A DNA stretch of 25,734 nucleotides from an uncultured Candidatus Marinamargulisbacteria bacterium (GCA_903910705.1 CAIWAN010000025.1:1-25734); one strand, 5' to 3'; positions 8,337-16,663 are shown, numbered from the stretch's first letter. Notes: generated from the letters alone by a model not told the origin. A program made the numbers and translations.

Positions 8337-9479
8337 ATGAAGGAAATAACAAGATTTGTTGAGTTGCCCACTCAAAGTTTTTTTCTGTTTGGAGCGAGGG
8401 GAACGGGCAAATCAACGCTTCTTAAACAGCGGTTTCCAGATGCACTGTATATTGATCTGCTTCTTAATTCTGAATACATGAATTATTTAAACGACCCTGA
8501 TCGACTTATTAACCTAATCAAAGCAAATCCTGAAAACAGGGTTGTTATTATTGATGAAATCCAGAGAGTGTCCACACTTTTACCTGTTGTCCATTATTTG
8601 ATGGAGCAAGACAAAAAACGAATCTTTATCCTAACCGGATCAAGTGCAAGAAAATTAAAAAAAGAAGGAACCAACTTACTCGGCGGCCGAGCACGGCTGA
8701 AGCGAATGCACCCCTTTACCGCTTTTGAGTTGGGTAAAATGTTTAACCTAAATGAAGCCCTTTCCCATGGGCTTATCCCTGTCATTCTGAGTTCGGATGA
8801 TCCGGCCGAACAAATGAACGCTTACTTAAACCTTTATCTGAAAGAAGAAATTCAGATGGAAGGATTGACTCGAAATATCGGAAATTTCAGCCGGTTTTTA
8901 GAAGCGATCAGCTTTTCTCATGGGAGCTTACTCAATATAAGTAATATATCTCGAGAATGCTCGGTTGAGCGAAAGGTCGTCGAATCCTATATTGCTATAC
9001 TCGAGGACCTATTGTTAAGTGTTCGTCTGCCCGTTTTCTCCAAACGAGCCAAACGAGTTTTAGCATTGCATCCCAAATTCTATTTTTTTGACACAGGGAT
9101 TTATAAGAATCTTCGCCCAAAAGGGCCTCTCGATGTCCCCGAGGAAGTTGATGGAGCAGGGCTTGAAGGGCTTGTTTATCAAAATCTTATTGCCTACCTC
9201 GACAGCCGTTTGCCCAATCATCAACTCTTTTTCTGGCGAACAAAGTCAGGTCTTGAGATAGATTTCATTCTTTATGGTGAACAAAAATTCATGGCCATAG
9301 AAGTCAAAAATTCGAAGAAAATCCGAACGAGTGATTTGACAGCGTTTACCTCCTTTAAAGAAGACTACCCTGAAGCGGAGTGTATTTGTTTATACCGCGG
9401 ACAGGAAAGGATCTATCAGCAAGATGTTCTTCTCGTACCCGTTGAGGACTTCCTCGTCCACATCGATAAATATCTTTGA
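8337..9479 (+). CDS. AAA ATPase with C-terminal DUF4143 domain (#1)
   Basis: Walker A FGARGTGKSTLL, Walker B VVIIDEIQR, C-terminal GLEGLVYQNLIAYL...SGLEIDFILYGEQKFMAIEVKNS (PD-(D/E)XK-like pattern); SD aggag. Confidence 0.88.
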   Translation: MKEITRFVELPTQSFFLFGARGTGKSTLLKQRFPDALYIDLLLNSEYMNYLNDPDRLINLIKANPENRVVIIDEIQRVSTLLPVVHYLMEQDKKRIFILTGSSARKLKKEGTNLLGGRARLKRMHPFTAFELGKMFNLNEALSHGLIPVILSSDDPAEQMNAYLNLYLKEEIQMEGLTRNIGNFSRFLEAISFSHGSLLNISNISRECSVERKVVESYIAILEDLLLSVRLPVFSKRAKRVLALHPKFYFFDTGIYKNLRPKGPLDVPEEVDGAGLEGLVYQNLIAYLDSRLPNHQLFFWRTKSGLEIDFILYGEQKFMAIEVKNSKKIRTSDLTAFTSFKEDYPEAECICLYRGQERIYQQDVLLVPVEDFLVHIDKYL

Positions 9480-9485
9480 ATGTCT

Positions 9486-9503
9486 AACTCCAAAATGGCG
9501 GCG
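9486..9503 (+). repeat. 18-bp direct repeat, right copy (AACTCCAAAATGGCGGCG)
   Basis: Exact match to 8272-8289, beginning 6 nt after the ORF end. Confidence 0.85.
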
Positions 9504-9590
9504 TCCTTGTGTCACTTCGAGAGCCTCAGTGATCGAACTTCGAGAGGACTTCGACAATGAGGGAATTCTGAAATATTAATCCATGAGCCG

Positions 9591-10367
9591 CTACAACCAT
9601 TTCAACACCGGAAAGCTCTTGCGATAGGCTTCTAAGAAGTCCATATCCACGTATTCCGAAATGACCCCTTCTTTCTCATAACCATTGGCGAGGGTGTCGC
9701 CATAAGGATCAATAATGACGGAATGTCCGAAATAACTGACGTCTTCGTTGACACTGCCGATGCGATTAGCACCAATGACATAAATTTGATTTTCGATGGC
9801 ACGGGTTTTGAGCAGATTGATCCAGTGTTCTTTGCGGGGATGGGGGAATTGGGCGGGGACAAAGAGGATCTTCATGCCTTGACGTACCATGTCCCGAATG
9901 GTTTCGGGGAAACGGATATCAAAACAGATCTGAATGCCGATCGGCGCGTACGAGGTTCGGAAAACAGGGGCCTTGGTGCCCGCAATAAAATGCTGATCTT
10001 CTTGGTTTTGGAAGAAAATATGCATTTTGTCATAATGACCCATCACGCCGCCCTCGGGAGAAATAAGATAGGATCGGTTAACATATTGGTCATTTTGGGT
10101 GCCGGTTTTGAAGGCAACCGAGCCCGCAATAAGGTAAAAGCCATATTTTCGGGCAACGCCCTGAAGATATTTGAGCATCTCCATATTGTGATCGGACATT
10201 TCCGAATAGAGGTCATAATTAAACCCGACTCCAAAGAGTTCGGGCAGCACCACGAAGCGGGAACAACGTCCACCGGCTACGGCAAAGAGCTTCTCAAGAT
10301 GAGTGATATTGGCATAGGGGTCGGCCGTGACATCATATTGGATGATGGAAACCATAAATCGTTTCAT
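9591..10367 (-). CDS. Carbon-nitrogen hydrolase (nitrilase superfamily)
   Basis: Catalytic Glu (VVLPELFG), Lys (HYDKMHIF), Cys (IQICFDIRFPE). Start refined to 10367, an ATGA overlap with the upstream stop. Confidence 0.87.
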   Translation of the reverse strand: MKRFMVSIIQYDVTADPYANITHLEKLFAVAGGRCSRFVVLPELFGVGFNYDLYSEMSDHNMEMLKYLQGVARKYGFYLIAGSVAFKTGTQNDQYVNRSYLISPEGGVMGHYDKMHIFFQNQEDQHFIAGTKAPVFRTSYAPIGIQICFDIRFPETIRDMVRQGMKILFVPAQFPHPRKEHWINLLKTRAIENQIYVIGANRIGSVNEDVSYFGHSVIIDPYGDTLANGYEKEGVISEYVDMDFLEAYRKSFPVLKWL

Positions 10368-10990
10368 CGCAGAGAATCTAGCTCCTTTCGTATGGCTTTT
10401 AGGTCTTGCCATGTTAGCCACTTTGGCGAGCCTTCCTTTGGTGAAGGGTTTCGTAACAGATAAGAGGGATGAAAAAGCGTCATCACTCGAACGGGTTGCG
10501 CTTGATAGCTAACGCTTAGATTGTACCACTGACCGCGAATGCGTGTTATCCCTTCGGTTGGATCGAGGATGGTTTTCATGGCGGGCGAGCCGAGCAAGAC
10601 AATGATCTTGGGTTTAACGGCCTCGACTTGACTTACGAGATAGGGCAAGCAAGACCGAATTTCTTTGGGATCAGGGGCTCGGTTCCCTGGGGGACGGCAT
10701 TTAAGCGTATTGCAGATATAGACGTCCGTTGGGCGGTTCAACTCAATGCTTGCAAGCATTTGCGTTAGTAATTTCCCTGCACGACCCACAAAGGGAATGC
10801 CTTGGGCGTCCTCGTCCGCGCCTGGCGCTTCACCGATACATAAAATGTCACAGGGAACGGGCCCCTCAGAAAAGACAACCTTGTTTCGAGTTGCATGAAG
10901 GCCACACTGGGTACAGACGAGCGCTGAATTAACCGCCTCTTGATAGGGAAGTGGGGGTAGCCCTTGGGGTGGGAAATGCGTGTTAGGCAT
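10364..10990 (-). CDS. Uracil-DNA glycosylase, family 4
   Basis: CTQCGLHATRN, GEAPGADEDAQGIPFVGRAGKLL, NTLKCRPPGNRAPDPKEI, LFHPSYLLRNP; Cys residues compatible with the Fe-S cluster of family 4 UDGs. Confidence 0.93.
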   Translation of the reverse strand: MPNTHFPPQGLPPLPYQEAVNSALVCTQCGLHATRNKVVFSEGPVPCDILCIGEAPGADEDAQGIPFVGRAGKLLTQMLASIELNRPTDVYICNTLKCRPPGNRAPDPKEIRSCLPYLVSQVEAVKPKIIVLLGSPAMKTILDPTEGITRIRGQWYNLSVSYQAQPVRVMTLFHPSYLLRNPSPKEGSPKWLTWQDLKAIRKELDSLR

Positions 10991-11633
10991 CCAAAAGCGT
11001 TTCGAGGATGCGCTTCATTTGGGTGAGTTGTTGTTGCATGGGTTTGCTGGCGTCGATGATCGTAAACTCGTTCAATCGAGCGAGGAGATCATATTGTTCA
11101 CCGAGTTTAGTTTGGAAATTGCGTAGGGATTGAACATTGTTGGGGCCAAAGCCGATATCCATGCCACTGTCGTAGTAATCTTTTTCTTTTTCCTCTTGGG
11201 TGAGGCGCTCTAAGGCCATTTCGAGTGGGAGTTTAAAATGGAATACTAAATCGGGTTTGATCGCAAAATCGTACAACATTTCAACCCAGTCTTTATTCTG
11301 TCCGCGTAAATAATCTTTGGCGATCGAGGTGTAGACATATTTATTGAACAAAACAATAAAGCCCGCCTTCAGGGCTGGAACAATTTGACGATGCATTACG
11401 TCACTGAAATCGGCAGCATGAATGAGGCTGTAGGTGATAGGAACGAGGGTGTGGTCGACTTTGGCTTGATTAATCGTCTCGGCAACAAGCATAGATTGCT
11501 TTCGCTTTAGTACCTGAACACCATACCCTTTGATTTCGAGCCAGTTTTTGATGAGATTAAAGCACGTGGACTTTCCGCTGCCATCAAGCCCTTCAGCCAC
11601 GATCAATTTGCCAGGGTAAATGTTTTGTTTCAT
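10983..11633 (-). CDS. Thymidylate kinase-like protein, divergent copy
   Basis: P-loop AEGLDGSGKST and TMPK fold pattern, but NKYVYTSIAKD replaces the DR(Y/F) motif seen in the adjacent copy. Confidence 0.75.
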   Translation of the reverse strand: MKQNIYPGKLIVAEGLDGSGKSTCFNLIKNWLEIKGYGVQVLKRKQSMLVAETINQAKVDHTLVPITYSLIHAADFSDVMHRQIVPALKAGFIVLFNKYVYTSIAKDYLRGQNKDWVEMLYDFAIKPDLVFHFKLPLEMALERLTQEEKEKDYYDSGMDIGFGPNNVQSLRNFQTKLGEQYDLLARLNEFTIIDASKPMQQQLTQMKRILETLLDA

Positions 11634-12361
11634 CCGAGTCTCCGTTTAATAAGCGGCAATATTTTATCGCGGAATTGCTTTTGTTGGACGGGAATCGGGA
11701 GTGTGCCATCAATGACGTCAAAGCCAAACTCAGACACCATGTCGTCGTATTCCGCAATGACCGTGCTTTGAAATTTGACATAACTCTTATTGATATCATT
11801 GGAAAGTTTCATGTCCATGCCGGCTTCGTAATAACTCGGCGCCCGTGTCGTGGATATGCGTTCGAGGCTGATGTCGACGGGAACCTTAAAATAGAAGACC
11901 CCATCGGGTTTGAGGCTAAAGGCATAGAGATTGCGTACCCATTCGCGGGTGCATTGGCGGGCAACGTCTCGAGCAAGGGCGGTAAAGATGTAGCGATCCG
12001 CGAGCACGATCTGCCCGTTTTTGAGAGCGGGAATGATGATCTTGTTGAGGCGGTCTGCAAAGTCGGTCGCATGGAGGAGACTGAAGGTGGTGTTATTGAG
12101 AATGCCTTTTCGTTTTCCTTTTTTGATGATCTGAGAAACGAGAGGCGAGGAATTCCATTCGGTTAGGACGGTTCCATACCCTTCGGATTCAAGCCATTTC
12201 TTGGCCAAACGCAACTGAGTGGACTTCCCCGATCCATCGGTTCCCTCGACGGCAATAAGCACGCCTTTATAGGGATGAGGGGAGTGAAGGTTGCGGCTCG
12301 GGTCGAGAAGTGCTGCCTCTACCGCCTCGGTATTGGGTTTAGCCTTGCGACGAATAATCAT
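11630..12361 (-). CDS. Thymidylate kinase-like protein
   Basis: VEGTDGSGKSTQLRL P-loop, LADRYIFTALARD, RISTTRAPSYYEAGMD. Start refined to ATG 12361; ATGA overlap with the next gene. Confidence 0.82.
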   Translation of the reverse strand: MIIRRKAKPNTEAVEAALLDPSRNLHSPHPYKGVLIAVEGTDGSGKSTQLRLAKKWLESEGYGTVLTEWNSSPLVSQIIKKGKRKGILNNTTFSLLHATDFADRLNKIIIPALKNGQIVLADRYIFTALARDVARQCTREWVRNLYAFSLKPDGVFYFKVPVDISLERISTTRAPSYYEAGMDMKLSNDINKSYVKFQSTVIAEYDDMVSEFGFDVIDGTLPIPVQQKQFRDKILPLIKRRLG

Positions 12362-12373
12362 GGTTGGTATACT
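12345..12373 (+). promoter_or_regulatory. Candidate promoter TTGCGA-N17-TATACT for the 12420 gene
   Basis: TTGCGA 12345-12350; TATACT 12368-12373. Confidence 0.5.
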
Positions 12374-12397
12374 AGAGGATAAAATAGGGCGAGTCAA
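12369..12397 (-). promoter_or_regulatory. Candidate promoter TTGACT-N17-TAGTAT for the thymidylate kinase-like operon
   Basis: Minus strand: -35 at 12397-12392, -10 at 12374-12369, ATG 7 nt downstream at 12361. Confidence 0.6.
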
Positions 12398-12419
12398 CGT
12401 CGACGATGAAGGACAAACA

Positions 12420-12812
12420 ATGGTTAGTATTCAGGGCCCCAATCTTAATCAGTTGATCAATCAAGCCGTATACAATGCGATGTCGTCAAAGGCAGCGTCC
12501 ACGACGAACGCGGCAACATCGGAAGTGATCTACAACCTTTTCTTTAAGAATGTAAAAACAAAGTCAGAGTTTAAGAAGAAAATCAAGAAAACCCTCAGTA
12601 AATTAAACCAAGCGCTTCCTGAAGAAGCCCTTGAAGACATTCTCGACTCCTTAGAAATGAAGGATCAACCCCCATTTTGTGCATCTTACACTGAGGAAGG
12701 CGTGAGCGAGCAGTTACATCTTAAGGATAATTTTGCGCGTGCGGACATTTATGATATCCTGCATCACTTTTATAGTAAGCTTTACGACGAAGCGGATAAA
12801 AATATCGGATAA
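12420..12812 (+). CDS. Hypothetical protein (130 aa)
   Basis: ATG 12420 with gaagga upstream; no recognised domain. Confidence 0.5.
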   Translation: MVSIQGPNLNQLINQAVYNAMSSKAASTTNAATSEVIYNLFFKNVKTKSEFKKKIKKTLSKLNQALPEEALEDILDSLEMKDQPPFCASYTEEGVSEQLHLKDNFARADIYDILHHFYSKLYDEADKNIG

Positions 12813-12843
12813 AAACATCGATTCTTTTGTAGCCAAAGTAAAA

Positions 12844-13653
12844 ATGTGGGTGTATAATAACGTTCAGTTAGAAAGCTCCCGATTCCCCCCCCCCCTGTAC
12901 GAACGGGGGCTTTCTAGTAAAACTCCCCTTCTTTCTTTTGATCAGGCAACGATCGGTTATGGTAAACCGCTTATTTCTTCTTTATCTTGGGATATTAACG
13001 AACAGGATGTTTGGATCGTTCTGGGCCCTAACGGGGCAGGCAAATCAACCCTTTCGAATGTGCTCTTGAATGAGGCTGATCTGCTGCAAGGCGAGATTCG
13101 TATGCGTGGCCAGTCTATTCAACACTTGTCACTATTGGAGCGAGTCGAAAATGTAGGGATCGCCCTTCAACAAACACGCCCCGATCTGCCGTTTACGGTT
13201 GAGGAGATCCTTGCCCAAAGCCAAGGGGAAAGGGCCATCGACATCGCGGACATATTGTCTCGATTTGACCTCAACGCCGTTAAGAACCACCCCATCACCC
13301 AGTTAAGTGGTGGACAATGGCAACGAGTGGTTTTAGCCAGTATTGCCGTTCAGAATTCGCCTGTCTGGTGGCTCGATGAACCGTTTACGTGGATGGACCC
13401 TGGCCAGCATGATCGATTGGTCAAACTGTTGTATACCGAATGGAGCCGCCATCACCGAACCTTGGTGATCGTGGCGCATGACTTGACGCCATTTTATGGG
13501 TCGGCGCTTTATGATCAGGCCAAAGTACTCATGATCAAAGACGGACATGTTTATTATCAAGGCTCTTTGTCGGAGGGCTTGCAACATATGGAGGCGGTGT
13601 TTGATCGCTCGTTTGAAAGGATCGCTTGGAATGGCCGAACGGTTGTGGTTTAA
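12844..13653 (+). CDS. ABC transporter ATP-binding protein, iron/cobalamin type; start uncertain
   Basis: Walker A LGPNGAGKST, Q-loop GIALQQTRP, signature LSGGQWQRV, Walker B VWWLDEP, H-loop VIVAHD. The last in-frame ATG before the conserved domain is at 12844 (GTG at 12850 also possible). Confidence 0.82.
   Translation: MWVYNNVQLESSRFPPPLYERGLSSKTPLLSFDQATIGYGKPLISSLSWDINEQDVWIVLGPNGAGKSTLSNVLLNEADLLQGEIRMRGQSIQHLSLLERVENVGIALQQTRPDLPFTVEEILAQSQGERAIDIADILSRFDLNAVKNHPITQLSGGQWQRVVLASIAVQNSPVWWLDEPFTWMDPGQHDRLVKLLYTEWSRHHRTLVIVAHDLTPFYGSALYDQAKVLMIKDGHVYYQGSLSEGLQHMEAVFDRSFERIAWNGRTVVV
12870..12915 (+). repeat. REP-like imperfect palindrome containing an 11-C run
   Basis: AGAAAGCTCCCG...CGGGGGCTTTCT arms enclosing CCCCCCCCCCC (12885-12895). 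Confidence 0.55.
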
Positions 13654-14569
13654 ACAAGATCGATGGGTGTTGATCGGTCTCCTTCTCGTCTCGGTTGGGG
13701 CGATCGTCCTTGCTATGGGCGTGGGGGCTGTTGATGGAGCCGTGCTGTTGTCTTATCGCTTACCGCGTGTCTTGATGGCGTTTGGGGCGGGGGCGGTTTT
13801 GGCGGGGGCAGGGGTCGTTTTCCAGTCGACACTTAGCAATGAATTGGCCTCGCCGTATACGTTGGGGGTGTCGAGTGCGGCGTCTTTGGGGGCGGTTGTG
13901 ATGATCGTGTTGGGCTTGTCGGACTATCAAGGGGTAGGGGCGATCGGGGCGGCGTTGATCAGCACATGGGGGCTACTGAAGCTTGCGGCCCGATGGCGAC
14001 GGATGGAATCGGGGCAATTGGTGCTACTTGGGACGGCTCAGAACACCGCGTTAATTAGTATCGTCTTGTTCTTGCAATTCCAACTTGATCGAGCCGATGT
14101 GTTGCAGTGGATGCATTGGGTGGTCGGTAGTTTGCAAAATATTGGGTGGACACCCGCGATGGTCTTTGCCGGACTGTCCATTAGTATGGCGGGTCTTTTC
14201 AGAGTTAAGGGGCGAACCTTAGATATCATGAGTTTGGGAGATGCGTGGGCAAAAAGCAAAGGCGTCGACGTAAAGCATGAACGTCGTCGGTTGCTTCTTG
14301 GGGCGAGTATCGCTGTTGCAATCGTGGTGGCCTATGTGGGACCGATCGGATTTATTGGGGTCTTGGTGCCCCAAGCGCTTCGGGCGTGGCGAGGCCCTAA
14401 TCATCAGGGGCTGGGGTTGCAAAGCCTATTGCTTGGCGGGGTGCTCTTGACGTTGGCCGATCTGCTGGCTCGACGGTTGATGTATCCGATCGAGATGCCG
14501 GCGGGGATATTGCTCGCTTTGTTAGGGTCAATCGTGTTTGGATGGATACTGTCTCGGCGACTCCGTTAG
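13547..14569 (+). CDS. FecCD/BtuC-family ABC permease; start probably downstream of 13547
   Basis: RLPRVLMAFGAGAVLAGAGVVFQSTLSNELASPYTLGVSSAASLGA and GPIGFIGVLVP are hallmarks of the family. Confidence 0.88.
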   Translation: MFIIKALCRRACNIWRRCLIARLKGSLGMAERLWFKQDRWVLIGLLLVSVGAIVLAMGVGAVDGAVLLSYRLPRVLMAFGAGAVLAGAGVVFQSTLSNELASPYTLGVSSAASLGAVVMIVLGLSDYQGVGAIGAALISTWGLLKLAARWRRMESGQLVLLGTAQNTALISIVLFLQFQLDRADVLQWMHWVVGSLQNIGWTPAMVFAGLSISMAGLFRVKGRTLDIMSLGDAWAKSKGVDVKHERRRLLLGASIAVAIVVAYVGPIGFIGVLVPQALRAWRGPNHQGLGLQSLLLGGVLLTLADLLARRLMYPIEMPAGILLALLGSIVFGWILSRRLR

Positions 14570-14578
14570 GCCTCTCCT

Positions 14579-14608
14579 TTGACGGATTGAGGTGTCCCTG
14601 TTTACAAT
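14579..14608 (+). promoter_or_regulatory. Candidate promoter TTGACG-N18-TACAAT
   Basis: TTGACG 14579-14584, TACAAT 14603-14608, ATG at 14616. Confidence 0.55.
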
Positions 14609-14615
14609 AGAGGAC

Positions 14616-15305
14616 ATGAGCAAGAAAATTCTTAAAGATATCTTAAAGCTTTATGCCTTGCCGCTCTACGTGGACGAGAAAGAATTCGTCGATAAATTAG
14701 CGAGCTATCTTTATGCACGATATCAACTCAGCCACATTAGTTTGCTTCGCCCAAGCGATCTGGGCTTTGATGCAACCCGATTATCATGGGATCACTTTGT
14801 GGTTCGGACTGACCAAGGCCAAGTCGCCGCCGTATCAGAAGGTACATCGCTGAGTAGTCTTACGATTGCCGATATCTTTTTGCGAATACGGATGGGCGGC
14901 AACCCTGATCGCTATGTGCGGATTGTCATCCCCAAGCTCAATCGACATTTCAAGAAAACAAAGCAACTTTCCCTGTTTATCAAATTCTTTAAAGCGTATT
15001 TAAGCCACCAATTGGATCTGGTGTCCAAGCTTAAGGTGGCCGAGTCTATGCCGGACATTGAACCCGTCAAGGTGGCGCCCATCACGATCCCCGATAAGCC
15101 CCCTGTCGTGCCAACGGAGTACTTGGTGGTTCAACCGACGTTGATGCCTGAAACGATCAAGATGCCGCAAGCCCTCGATAAAGTTGAAAAACAGCTGATC
15201 AAAGAAATGCTCAAACGGGTGGGGGGCGTCAAAATTGCCGCCGCGAAGCAGCTCGGCATCACCGAACGCATGATCGGCTACAAGATGAAGAAGCTAAAAC
15301 TCTAG
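14616..15305 (+). CDS. GAF-like / Fis-type HTH regulator
   Basis: C-terminal LIKEMLKRVGGVKIAAAKQLGITERMIGYKMKKLKL is a Fis/NtrC-type HTH (HTH_8); N-terminal part weakly GAF-like; no AAA+ domain. Start refined from 14592. Confidence 0.65.
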   Translation: MSKKILKDILKLYALPLYVDEKEFVDKLASYLYARYQLSHISLLRPSDLGFDATRLSWDHFVVRTDQGQVAAVSEGTSLSSLTIADIFLRIRMGGNPDRYVRIVIPKLNRHFKKTKQLSLFIKFFKAYLSHQLDLVSKLKVAESMPDIEPVKVAPITIPDKPPVVPTEYLVVQPTLMPETIKMPQALDKVEKQLIKEMLKRVGGVKIAAAKQLGITERMIGYKMKKLKL

Positions 15306-15344
15306 ATAATCTGATCGCTTCCCGACCGACCTCACAAAAACGAC

Positions 15345-15400
15345 CTCACCCCAACCCTTGCAGGAAATCTCCCCTAGCCCCTCTTTATAAAAGAGGGGGA
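15345..15400 (+). repeat. 56-bp direct repeat, copy 1 (46 bp exact core 15355-15400)
   Basis: CCCTTGCAGGAAATCTCCCCTAGCCCCTCTTTATAAAAGAGGGGGA identical at 16674-16719; contains the CCCCTCTT-TATAA-AAGAGGGG hairpin (15378-15398). Confidence 0.92.
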
Positions 15401-15438
15401 ATCAATGGCGAACATTGTTTTGTTGAGCTGCCTTGGTT

Positions 15439-16620
15439 TTAACTTAGCGCTTTAAAGTCGGCAACATTGCCCACAAGTAGCCTTGATGAGGCAGGGTAAG
15501 AATCAAAGAGTGCCTTTTGGCTGCCTTCAAGTTCGCGTCCATATTTTACCTCAATGAGTCGATCCTCTTTAGTCAGGAAATCAATTTCATTTGCGTTTTC
15601 ATAAACATATCGGGGGTCTTGTTTTTTTATGGTTAAATAGACAAGGTTTTCAAAAATAGCGCCTTTATCTCTGAACCCACACACAAGGTTTCTTATGCCC
15701 ACATCACCGGCATAGAGCTTTCTGGGTGATCGAATCCGCTCATTTGTTGTCCCAAATCGCTCAATGGTGTAAATAAGGAACGTGCTTTCAAAATACTGCA
15801 AATAACGACTGGCAGTATCTGTGCTAATTTGCAAAACCTTGGCGAGCTTATTGATGCTAACGGTTTTCCCCGCTCTTTCCATGAGCAGTGCGAAAAAGTC
15901 TTGAACCAGACGTTCATCTTTTAATCCATAATGAGCCAAAATATCCTTGTAGAGAATATTGTCCACGAGGGATTGCAAATACCCTTCATCACGATTTAAT
16001 ACGTAGGCAGGAATGCCTCCGGTTTGCATGTACAATTCGAAGGTAGCCTCCCATAAATAGCCCTCTGCGCCTTTTGGTTTTTGATCGGTAAAGAGCAAAT
16101 ATTCTGAGAACGTCAACGGCATGACGTCGATGAGTCGCTCTCTTCCCGTTAAAAAGGCTCGATGGTCTCGAAGTAGGGAAGCCGAAGAGGAGGAAACAAC
16201 CATTTGAACTGACTGCAAGTCATACAAATTTTTTAGTTCTTGGGTGAAATCTTTGATGTAGGTAATTTCATCCAAGAATAGATAAAGGGGTTGTTCATAG
16301 CGGAGCGTGTGTAAGGCTCGAAATCGATCAACAAGGTCATGAATGCTTGTTTTTGCGAGTGAAATGTGATCGAGGCTAATGTAGAGAATGGTTTTCTTGT
16401 CGACTCCATCCGCAAGAAGTTGCTTAATCCATTGTTTCATCAACATGGTTTTGCCGATGCGTCGAAGCCCTGTTACAAAAACAACGGCTCCTTGAGCCCA
16501 ATACTCTCTCCAAAGCTGGGTGTAGACGGGGCGATCAATGATGTCGAGAGCAAAAGATGAGTCCCACCAAGGGTTGAAACGGTAGAGAATATCGTCGATG
16601 TGTTCGTTTTTATCAGACAC
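15439..16620 (-). CDS. AAA ATPase with DUF4143 domain (#2)
   Basis: Walker A TGLRRIGKTMLMKQ, Walker B LYLFLDEIT, C-terminal GAIFENLVYL...NEIDFLTKEDRLIEVKYG. ORF track start is 16653, but the candidate promoter lies inside that extension, so GTG 16620 is proposed. Confidence 0.82.
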   Translation of the reverse strand: MSDKNEHIDDILYRFNPWWDSSFALDIIDRPVYTQLWREYWAQGAVVFVTGLRRIGKTMLMKQWIKQLLADGVDKKTILYISLDHISLAKTSIHDLVDRFRALHTLRYEQPLYLFLDEITYIKDFTQELKNLYDLQSVQMVVSSSSASLLRDHRAFLTGRERLIDVMPLTFSEYLLFTDQKPKGAEGYLWEATFELYMQTGGIPAYVLNRDEGYLQSLVDNILYKDILAHYGLKDERLVQDFFALLMERAGKTVSINKLAKVLQISTDTASRYLQYFESTFLIYTIERFGTTNERIRSPRKLYAGDVGIRNLVCGFRDKGAIFENLVYLTIKKQDPRYVYENANEIDFLTKEDRLIEVKYGRELEGSQKALFDSYPASSRLLVGNVADFKALS

Positions 16621-16629
16621 AATAGGCCA

Positions 16630-16658
16630 ATTGTATTCGTTTACAGCGAACACGTCAA
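16630..16658 (-). promoter_or_regulatory. Candidate promoter TTGACG-N17-TACAAT for DUF4143 #2
   Basis: Minus strand: -35 at 16658-16653, -10 at 16635-16630. Confidence 0.55.
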
Positions 16659-16663
16659 GGCGC

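Noticed and set aside
10350-10400. Nitrilase N-terminal extension up to 10421 (MANMARPKSHTKGARFSA)
   Set aside because: ATG at 10367 has the ATGA overlap and fits the conserved start of the family; the extension is just overlap with the UDG gene.
9723-10463. 246-aa plus-strand ORF opposite the nitrilase gene
   Set aside because: Antisense to a gene with complete catalytic motifs; the translation shows no family features.
11675-12166. 163-aa plus-strand ORF opposite the thymidylate kinase-like gene
   Set aside because: Antisense shadow of a well-supported CDS.
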